Virus record (IMG/VR): IMGVR_UViG_3300048598_000110
Location: 1 to 26,674 of that record
Source of the DNA: a virus
Lineage: Duplodnaviria; Caudoviricetes
Reading direction: 5' to 3' (one strand)
Length of the DNA stretch: 26,674 nucleotides
The first letter of the stretch is position 1, and each line of letters starts with the position of its first letter. This document shows, piece by piece, positions 7,767 through 14,954 of the stretch. The position numbers were made by a program, and so were the translations under genes. The notes below the pieces were generated by a model, which did no database searches, was not told where the DNA came from, and saw only the letters and a program-made list of their open reading frames with translations.

Positions 7767-8939
7767 CTATTTCTGCGGAGCCGAGGCCTGCGGTCGGGTT
7801 GTCTGCCGGGCCGAGGCCTGCGGACGCGTTTGCGCCGGGGTCTGCTGCGACAACGTCGGTTTGATCTCGTCGGCCGCTGGGACACCGAGCAACTGACCGG
7901 CGGGGACCGGGGCGGACACCGTGGAACCGCCTGCAATCTGCAGCTTGACCAGCACGGCCGGCCGCGTGCAGAGGTGCAGCGGATTGCTGTTGGTGTGCAG
8001 CTCGGTCCCCAAGCCGAACTTCATCGGTTCTTGCTTGGCGTAAAGCGGAATCCCGATCGTGTTGACGGTTTCCACAAACGGCGCCGGGCCATTGCGGCGG
8101 ATAAACAAATCGGGCACGCCGATCGGGAACGCATAGGCTTCATCGGGCTCGATGAAAGCTTGCGTCCCGACAAACCCGCGGTAGTTCTCCCACACGACGC
8201 CCGCCGGATGTTCGAAACCTGCCCGCTGGTCTTCGCGAAGGAACGTTCCGCCCTGGCCGTTGTTCTCCCACTGCTCGTATGCTTCCTTGACGTTCGGGTG
8301 GGCTACCAGAGCATCGAAGAAGTCATCGCCACACAGTACGTGGATATGCTGATAGGTCGACGCGCCAAGCGTCTTATCGATGTAACGCTTGAGCTTGATG
8401 CACTTGTCCTTGACATCCAAGGACTCGTCTTCGAAGTCGAATTCCTCGACCTTCTGCGTGATCCCGAATTCGTCGAACAGATCGTAGATCACGGTTTCGG
8501 CATCCGCGTCCAATATCTGGCCCTTGATGGCGCCCAGCCGATGCCACTCCCACGTCAATTCGTGGTTCTGCTTCAACTTTTCCATCTTGTTGTTAACGAT
8601 CCCTAGCACGGTTTCCAGTTCAGATTCCGTGCCGAACGCTCGCACTCCCTGAGCGTCATCGGCCAAGACGTTGTCGTTCTGCGGCAAGTGAGGGATCAGG
8701 AACGAACGCATCTTGCGGCGTTCCTTGGTTCCCAGCGTTGGCATTGTGCCACGGGCCGCCGTCTTGATCAACGACAACTTGCCGAACTGTTCCTCGATAA
8801 TCACCGACAACGAAGCAACTCCCTCTTCCTGGAACAGGTTGAGTTCACCCAACCGGTTCGGGACATAGGGAAGGTGGTTGATGGACTGCGTCAGGCTATT
8901 GAGCGAGAACGCATCGTCCTGAAAGATGTCAATCAACAT
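7767..8939 (-). CDS. Major capsid protein, lambda gpE-like family (390 aa)
   Basis: Start reassigned to ATG 8939 (GGAG upstream). DIFQDDAFSLNSLTQSINHLPYVPNRLGELNLF, QGVRAFG, GAIKGQILDAD, VNTIGIPLYAK and SNPLHLCTRP are hallmark motifs. Confidence 0.95.
   Translation of the reverse strand: MLIDIFQDDAFSLNSLTQSINHLPYVPNRLGELNLFQEEGVASLSVIIEEQFGKLSLIKTAARGTMPTLGTKERRKMRSFLIPHLPQNDNVLADDAQGVRAFGTESELETVLGIVNNKMEKLKQNHELTWEWHRLGAIKGQILDADAETVIYDLFDEFGITQKVEEFDFEDESLDVKDKCIKLKRYIDKTLGASTYQHIHVLCGDDFFDALVAHPNVKEAYEQWENNGQGGTFLREDQRAGFEHPAGVVWENYRGFVGTQAFIEPDEAYAFPIGVPDLFIRRNGPAPFVETVNTIGIPLYAKQEPMKFGLGTELHTNSNPLHLCTRPAVLVKLQIAGGSTVSAPVPAGQLLGVPAADEIKPTLSQQTPAQTRPQASARQTTRPQASAPQK
7780..7823. repeat. 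14-bp direct repeat GCCGAGGCCTGCGG x2, 30 nt apart, in the capsid C-terminal tail
   Basis: Copies at 7780-7793 and 7810-7823; lie within TRPQASA, present twice. Confidence 0.9.
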
Positions 8940-9007
8940 TTCGCGTTTTCTCCGTAATGATTCGTGGTCGAAAGTTCGCCGGCGGCTCCTGCTGTCGGCC
9001 AATGGGG

Positions 9008-9427
9008 TCAGGTGGTGTGTTCGCCGGTGAGTTCCGGGCCCTCGCGCAGAACGAAGCCGAGCGTGGTGCAGGCCGAGGTCAGATCACCGGCCGTCCAAGC
9101 GACGTTAGAATAATCCTTGGCCGGCAAGGCAGACTGGTTCACGGCCACGTGTCCGCGGCGAAGGATGGGGAGCTTCACGGTTTCACCAGCCGGCAGCACA
9201 ACGGGTTGAATCGTAAAACCGTCGATCACGGCATCCGTACCGCCGTTGGTGTGCAACAGGGCCTTGGTCACCGGTACGGCACCATCGAACGGATAGCCAG
9301 CCGCCAACGAAATGTCGGTCGCGCCGCTGTTGGTGACCTCGACGCTTTCGAGGTCGTAGAGAGGGTTGATCGGGCCGGCGAACACGTCGCCACCCCGGAT
9401 ACCGTCGTAGTCCAGTTCTCGCGCCAC
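9008..9427 (-). CDS. Head decoration protein, lambda gpD-like (139 aa)
   Basis: Between protease and capsid genes; GAGGAG RBS; GDV...YDLESVEV...RRGHVAVNQSAL...LGFVLR pattern. Confidence 0.75.
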   Translation of the reverse strand: MARELDYDGIRGGDVFAGPINPLYDLESVEVTNSGATDISLAAGYPFDGAVPVTKALLHTNGGTDAVIDGFTIQPVVLPAGETVKLPILRRGHVAVNQSALPAKDYSNVAWTAGDLTSACTTLGFVLREGPELTGEHTT

Positions 9428-9498
9428 TTGAAAGTCTCCTCAGAATCTTGGTTTGATTGAGTCGCTTCAATCGAAAAGCCTTCAGCCGAACGTGCTGC

Positions 9499-10032
9499 TT
9501 ACCGGCGGCGTTTCTTCTTGGCCTCCTCGGCGCGTCGTTTGGCGTCCTTCACCAGCGGGCTTTCCTCGCCACCGCCAGCGCCGTTGTTGGACAAGACCAC
9601 AACCTGGCGGCCGGTCTTTTCGATCAACGGAACGCACCGATCGTTGGCAGACAGAACCTCGACCATCTGGTCGAAGCCGTCGCCGCCGGTCTGGCTGCTG
9701 AGCGAGAGGGACAATGCCTCATCGCCTAGGTACTGCTTTTCCAACTTGTCGCGGGCAGCCTTGGTCAGCTTGCCGGCCTGCTGGAGGGCGTCCAACTTCA
9801 TCCGACGGTTGTCGCGGAGGATGCCGACGAACGACGCTGACAGGGGAACCGGATCGGGCTTCTTGTCGGGCGCCGGCGTCTCGTCGGGTTTCTTCTCGGC
9901 CGGCTTCTCCCCGGCGGCCTTCTTGAGGGCGTCGATTGCCATGGTCAGGACGGTAACGGCCGTTTCGTCGGTCAACTCCGTCCCCTCGGGCAAATCCAAC
10001 AGTTCCTGAATCGGGGTCCAATCGAACGCCAT
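9499..10032 (-). CDS. Nested in-frame scaffolding protein, Mu gpZ-like (177 aa)
   Basis: Internal AAGGAG (10041-10046) 8 nt before in-frame ATG 10032 (MAFDWTPIQELL), right after the protease domain. Confidence 0.7.
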   Translation of the reverse strand: MAFDWTPIQELLDLPEGTELTDETAVTVLTMAIDALKKAAGEKPAEKKPDETPAPDKKPDPVPLSASFVGILRDNRRMKLDALQQAGKLTKAARDKLEKQYLGDEALSLSLSSQTGGDGFDQMVEVLSANDRCVPLIEKTGRQVVVLSNNGAGGGEESPLVKDAKRRAEEAKKKRRR

Positions 10033-10539
10033 CTTGATTTCTCCTTGCAGCGAGGCTGCGATGGTCTGAAAGTTTCCCAAGCTTGGGACTACGGGGTAGT
10101 TCGTCAGAGCAACGTGGGTAATCGGACTGGACCACTTACGGCCGGCGTACTTGAATTCCGGCGGAGCATAGACGCTGACGTTTGTTCGTGCGGCCAGCTT
10201 TTCTGCCTCGGCATCCGAGAATTTCACGGTACCGAAAAGCGAATACCGGCCCTTTTCGTCCGCTCCCACCTCCATCGCCAACACTTGGCCGCGATTCTTT
10301 TCGGGGTCGGTGGTATGCTCAAGCGGAAGGGGCGGCGTGAAGCCGGCCGCGATCAATTCCTTGTGCGACTTAGCCCAGTGATCGATAAGCGATCGGTCAA
10401 CCTTGATCCGCTGGCCCTTGGGGGTAACAAACTCACCTTCATAGATGAGTTGTTTACGATAGAGCCGCTCAGCCTCATTGCTGAGAATGAACGGACTATC
10501 GATAGGAGCGGTATAAAGAATTGCCGAACGCTTCGCCAT
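9499..10539 (-). CDS. Mu gpI-like prohead protease/scaffold (346 aa)
   Basis: Likely start ATG 10539 (GAGGA upstream). PLPLEH, NVSVY and ITHVALTNYPVVPSL match the Mu-like protease; charged helical C-half. Confidence 0.88.
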   Translation of the reverse strand: MAKRSAILYTAPIDSPFILSNEAERLYRKQLIYEGEFVTPKGQRIKVDRSLIDHWAKSHKELIAAGFTPPLPLEHTTDPEKNRGQVLAMEVGADEKGRYSLFGTVKFSDAEAEKLAARTNVSVYAPPEFKYAGRKWSSPITHVALTNYPVVPSLGNFQTIAASLQGEIKMAFDWTPIQELLDLPEGTELTDETAVTVLTMAIDALKKAAGEKPAEKKPDETPAPDKKPDPVPLSASFVGILRDNRRMKLDALQQAGKLTKAARDKLEKQYLGDEALSLSLSSQTGGDGFDQMVEVLSANDRCVPLIEKTGRQVVVLSNNGAGGGEESPLVKDAKRRAEEAKKKRRR

Positions 10540-10602
10540 TCTGACGGTTCCTCTGTCTTTCACAGAGTACCGGCGAAGCTGGCAAACATTCCGCTACGAT
10601 CG

Positions 10603-11565
10603 TCAGGCGACCGTGGAGAACACTTGGCCCGGGTTGAAAGCGAAACCCTTATCGGGGACCACCAACATGCCGTCAATTTCTTTCGGCGGTTTTATCGGCT
10701 TGGCGTCTTCGAAGATCGGAACGGCCACACAACGGCAATTCCAACCGGACGGTGGCCACCACGTTCGCCAGATCGAATCATCCTTCTCCGCCCGGGTGCC
10801 GTCCATAGCCCAATGGGTCGGCCGCGTCCGATCGTCGTGGATGGCCGAGTATTCGTAGCCCCAAAGAATTTCCTGGATTGCCTTGTCCTGGTCCGCTTGC
10901 CACCGGCCGGCCCCGTAGCCGAGCTGGGTCTGTGTCCGAAAAATCGCCTCAAGTTGATATCCCTTCGTTTCGGTCAACCCAAGGGAATCAAACTTTTCCC
11001 GCAGGACGTCCACGCCCTCCTTATTGTGGGCCCCGCCCGAAATCAGTTCGCCGATCGTCTGACGTAAATCCTCCTCGATCGAGTCGGCCGTTTTGTTCCA
11101 GATTTTCAGGGCCTGGGTCTGGTACTGCCGCTGCAGCCGATCGTAGTCGGATCGCTTTTGCATCTCCAGCGTCTGCAACACCTGATCGAAGACCGAGGCG
11201 GGGCCAAGGCAGATAGCCCGATCGTCCCAGGGAATGACCGCTGAAAACGCCACGACACGATCGTAGAGAGCGCTGGCCGCTATCTTTCGACGAACATCCG
11301 GCCGGGCCTGGCTGGCCATCAACACGGATCGGCGTTCACCCTGGATGTGGGCCGCCAGCATAGACCCCTGCAACGGGGTTGCCAATTGACTGATGATCGA
11401 TTGGCGAATCTGAACGTTTCGGTTTTTCTGTCGCCAGGCCGACATAGCCGCTGATCGGATCTTGACGGTCGCCTTCCTGGCCAAGGCGACCCCCCGTCGC
11501 TCAATCACCTGGAGATCGCGCAAGGCTCGGGCAGAGTGTAGCGTGGCGTGGGCGGATCGGACCAT
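10603..11565 (-). CDS. Minor head protein, Mu gpF / SPP1 gp7 family (320 aa)
   Basis: LEAIFRTQTQLGYGAGRW, YEYSAIHDDRTRPTH, PPSGWNCRC, PDKGFAFNPG. Confidence 0.95.
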   Translation of the reverse strand: MVRSAHATLHSARALRDLQVIERRGVALARKATVKIRSAAMSAWRQKNRNVQIRQSIISQLATPLQGSMLAAHIQGERRSVLMASQARPDVRRKIAASALYDRVVAFSAVIPWDDRAICLGPASVFDQVLQTLEMQKRSDYDRLQRQYQTQALKIWNKTADSIEEDLRQTIGELISGGAHNKEGVDVLREKFDSLGLTETKGYQLEAIFRTQTQLGYGAGRWQADQDKAIQEILWGYEYSAIHDDRTRPTHWAMDGTRAEKDDSIWRTWWPPSGWNCRCVAVPIFEDAKPIKPPKEIDGMLVVPDKGFAFNPGQVFSTVA

Positions 11566-11568
11566 AGA

Positions 11569-12417
11569 TCACCAATCCGAATGATGGAAAGGATCGTAGG
11601 GCCGCCGGGGACGCTCACGAACCGACTGCGGATAGGTCGCCCCAGGCTTAACGATTTCCAACTCAATCCGGCCGTCCAGTATCATATCGAGCGCTTTTTC
11701 TGCGGCCTTACGATGTGACGAAATCCGCCAATCGGTGGTGTCTTCATCCTCGCTGTCTTGCGATCCACGGAGGTCGTAGAGCTCGACTCCGGCCAACCGG
11801 GCCGCCGCAGTCTGGATCTCCTCGGGCGCCGGCAGAGCAAACGGTACCGTATAGGGCCCGCCGCGCAGCCTGGAATTGATCCGGTTTGTTGCCAGCTTGC
11901 AGGCCCAATCAATCCGGGCCAGGATCTTATCGGGATCCTTATCGTTGTCCATGTCGGCCCACTGCAGCACGTTCGAGGCGCCGAAAAGCATTTCTACGGC
12001 TCGACGATGGCAGTAGTAGGCCCCGCCAACCTCGGGCAACGTGGAGACGTAGAATTCAAGCGTCAGCTCTCCAAGGAACACATGCGTCAGCGTCACGACG
12101 ACCAGATAGGACGTGTCGGCCGTGGCGAACGGATCCGCTGTACCATCGGCCGGGATGAAGCGGAAGTTATACCCCTGATCGTCTTCCGTCCATGCTGCGT
12201 CTTCTTGAAGATCATCAAACAGGACATCGGCCGGCGTCAGACTCACCCCCGTGTGGCCGTCAACGGCGGTTCGATCGGACGAGTCCCGATCGCTGACCGC
12301 GTAGATGGTGTACTCGGCCGCTGTGACGTCGGCCGGAAGGATCAGCGATTCTTCGGAGTCCACCAGCCGCGACATGAGAGCGGTTGTCTTTCCGGCCTTG
12401 ATCGTGTTGACGCTCAT
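11569..12417 (-). CDS. Head-tail adaptor, Mu gp36 (DUF1320)-like, fused to a ~130 aa N-terminal beta domain (282 aa)
   Basis: C-half: YYCHRRAVEMLFG...ATNRINSRLRGGPYTVPF...ELYDLR...AEKALDMILDGRIEL. N-half is acidic and beta-rich. Confidence 0.82.
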   Translation of the reverse strand: MSVNTIKAGKTTALMSRLVDSEESLILPADVTAAEYTIYAVSDRDSSDRTAVDGHTGVSLTPADVLFDDLQEDAAWTEDDQGYNFRFIPADGTADPFATADTSYLVVVTLTHVFLGELTLEFYVSTLPEVGGAYYCHRRAVEMLFGASNVLQWADMDNDKDPDKILARIDWACKLATNRINSRLRGGPYTVPFALPAPEEIQTAAARLAGVELYDLRGSQDSEDEDTTDWRISSHRKAAEKALDMILDGRIELEIVKPGATYPQSVRERPRRPYDPFHHSDW

Positions 12418-12419
12418 GC

Positions 12420-12575
12420 CTACGGCTCCACTCTACGAATTGATGCAGCCACCTGACGGGCAACGGACGCTACTGACAACACCGCACGCACCGCATAGGT
12501 AGCGATCTTCTTGACCGCCATCCATCGGCCCACAGCCCAATAGCCTCGATTCCATCGCCCGGTAAACCAGCTCAC
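12420..12575 (-). CDS. Small Trp/Arg-rich protein (51 aa; below the ORF-track cutoff)
   Basis: MSWFTGRWNRGYWAVGRWMAVKKIATYAVRAVLSVASVARQVAASIRRVEP*. GTGA overlap upstream, stop 2 nt before the next ATG; fills the gap exactly. Confidence 0.7.
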   Translation of the reverse strand: MSWFTGRWNRGYWAVGRWMAVKKIATYAVRAVLSVASVARQVAASIRRVEP

Positions 12576-14596
12576 GAATCGTGATACTCCAGATTGGATC
12601 GATTTCCGTTTGCGTCCACGGTTCCAGTAACGGCCGTTGTTCCGGCGAAATCCTTAAACGTCTCTGAAGTTGTGCCGGCCCCGGACCTGGCCCCGGCGAT
12701 CACTGCGCCGATGTACCGCACGGCAGCGGCCAACGACTTACCGGCGATCTGGTCACCATCCATGATGGCCGTTTCAATGGACACCAGAGATGGCAAATCC
12801 TCAATGGCCGCCAGCACGGCATCAACGTTTTCCGATGTGGCCAATTCTTCAACGGCCGTCGCGATGATTGCTGCCGTTGCCTCAGAACTGAGTGGGGCCG
12901 TATAGCCGGCAGCCGCCAGGCGGGTACTGATCGCCGCATCCAATCGGGCAAGTCTTGCTTCCGTTGCCGCTGACTGAATAGCGGCAATCCCGTCGTTGTT
13001 CGGGGCGGTATAACCGGATTCCGCCAGCCTGCTCGATACGGAAACATCGAGCTTTGACAGCCGCGTCTCGGTGGCCGCCGCTGCGATCACGCCAACAGTT
13101 TCCGCGATGCTTGCCACGCCCGCATTATTGGGGCTCGTGTAATCAGCAGCCTGCAATGTGTCGCTTATGTCGGCGTCCAGGTGGGCGAGCCGCTCTTCTG
13201 TTGTTGCCGTCGCGATCGCCGTAAGCTGGCTGGCCTGCGATTCGGTCAACCCCGCCGCACTAGTGAGCGTCCTTTCCTCGGCTGCCCAAATGGCAGATAT
13301 GGCGGAACTAGACAGCCCTATTGCGCTATCGACTGATGCCGGATCGTCGGGAATCAGATCAGTTCTCGCCTTAATCGCGGTCGCTACAGTGGACGTGGCG
13401 TAGCTGTCGGCGGCAATCGTTCGCGTGCTGAATTCGCTGACCGTCGGCAGATCGGCTAACTGGGTATCGAGGTTTGCCTCCGCAAGCCCGATCGCGGTGC
13501 GGATCTCTGTTGCGTCGAGTGGAGCTAAACCGGACTCGTAAGCTCCAACAGTCACCGAGAACCCGAATCCGCTAAGGGTGCGATCCTCGGCCGTCCAGAT
13601 ACTGCTGACGGCATCGCTGGTGAGTGCCATAGCATCACCTTTGGCGGCCGGTTCGCTCGGAAGATTTTGCGTTTTCGCGTTGATCGCAGAAATCGCAGTG
13701 TTGTCTGGCGCCATGTAGTCGGTCGCTGCAAACCTCGTACTTACGGCTACATCGAGTTTCGCTGCCACGGATGCGGCGATCGCCGCGAGTTGCTCTGCTT
13801 GATCATTGGTTAGCCCCGAGCCGCTTCCTACTTCCAGCGTTCCGACGTAACCGACGCCGGTTGCGCCCGTCCATCGCGGAACGTCCAACTCGACATGCTC
13901 GGCGGACACGACGTCGCTTTTCGCTACGTAGTCGGCAGTCAGCGGGAGGAGTGTGCCCGTCCCAAAACCCTCCTCCTGCAGTGCTGGATTCGTCATGCCA
14001 TATCGGACGTCACACGGCATGACCGTGTCGCCAGTATGATACGATCCGCTGACGCCCAACCCGCCGCCACCGCCATGACCACCACCAGCCTCCTCGGTAC
14101 CATCGCCGTCGTTTCCATCCGCGCCGGCAATATCAGATCCGGTCAGCACCAACAGTGCGCCGGAGTCGACCACGACACCACAACCTCCAGATTCGCCATC
14201 GCTGCCACTGGTCGGACCGTCGGCGTTCGATCCGTTTGAGCCGACGCCACCTGTGGCGTTGCCGATCTTGGCGGCGCCGCCTTCGAGGATCCGCACGGCG
14301 CTGTTTCCCCCGTTGCCGGTCCCCGCATAGGAGCCATCAGCGCCATAGGCGTCCGAGGCAAACAGCGTTGCGCCGGCCTCAACAGTAACGAAATTGCCGT
14401 TGGTGGCCTGCGTCGCGCGAATGACGCCTAGGGTGCACCGACCGCTGACTGCGACCGATCCGCCTAAGTCGTGCACCGCTACGGTCACAACATCACCATC
14501 GATCATGGTCATCACGCTTTGCACGTGGATCGTGTCGCCCGCCTCATACTCCACGTCGACCAGGCGGCCATTCGCGGTAGTGTAGACGTCTGCCAT
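12572..14596 (-). CDS. Gly-rich, repeat-containing putative virion fibre protein (674 aa)
   Basis: GAGGA RBS; N-terminal beta/Gly-rich region; repeats LDxxVS(S/T)R...YxAPxN (x4), IWxAExRTL (x2), GLTxxQAxQLxAIA (x2). Function is inference. Confidence 0.7.
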   Translation of the reverse strand: MADVYTTANGRLVDVEYEAGDTIHVQSVMTMIDGDVVTVAVHDLGGSVAVSGRCTLGVIRATQATNGNFVTVEAGATLFASDAYGADGSYAGTGNGGNSAVRILEGGAAKIGNATGGVGSNGSNADGPTSGSDGESGGCGVVVDSGALLVLTGSDIAGADGNDGDGTEEAGGGHGGGGGLGVSGSYHTGDTVMPCDVRYGMTNPALQEEGFGTGTLLPLTADYVAKSDVVSAEHVELDVPRWTGATGVGYVGTLEVGSGSGLTNDQAEQLAAIAASVAAKLDVAVSTRFAATDYMAPDNTAISAINAKTQNLPSEPAAKGDAMALTSDAVSSIWTAEDRTLSGFGFSVTVGAYESGLAPLDATEIRTAIGLAEANLDTQLADLPTVSEFSTRTIAADSYATSTVATAIKARTDLIPDDPASVDSAIGLSSSAISAIWAAEERTLTSAAGLTESQASQLTAIATATTEERLAHLDADISDTLQAADYTSPNNAGVASIAETVGVIAAAATETRLSKLDVSVSSRLAESGYTAPNNDGIAAIQSAATEARLARLDAAISTRLAAAGYTAPLSSEATAAIIATAVEELATSENVDAVLAAIEDLPSLVSIETAIMDGDQIAGKSLAAAVRYIGAVIAGARSGAGTTSETFKDFAGTTAVTGTVDANGNRSNLEYHDS

Positions 14597-14603
14597 TGCG
14601 TCC

Positions 14604-14924
14604 TCACGAGTTCTGAGTGGTTGTCACTGTCCCGTCTGGGTTGACCGTTACTGTGTAGCCATCCTTCGTGGCAAGCGTCTTAGCGTCGAGCGAGAGCCCC
14701 GCGTTACCGGCGGAAACCAAAAACGCGTCGAGAGCCGAGGCGAGAGCAAGGAACGATCTAGCGTCGGCTCCCAGCCCATCCAACACGCTCTGCGGCGACG
14801 CACTGCCCCACAGTTCGCTACAGAGCAATCGCCGCTCTTGCAACAAGAAATGAGCCATCGCCGCACACCGCGCACGAATGCGGCCGGCAGGTGTCGTGGT
14901 GGAAGATGACGAAATCAATGCCAT
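14604..14924 (-). CDS. Hypothetical protein, possible fibre chaperone (106 aa)
   Basis: Strong AAAGGAG RBS; helical, ending in TVNPDGTVT; lies between two fibre-like genes. Confidence 0.65.
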   Translation of the reverse strand: MALISSSSTTTPAGRIRARCAAMAHFLLQERRLLCSELWGSASPQSVLDGLGADARSFLALASALDAFLVSAGNAGLSLDAKTLATKDGYTVTVNPDGTVTTTQNS

Positions 14925-14954
14925 AAAATAATCTCCTTTACTGTGGCAGTTGAG

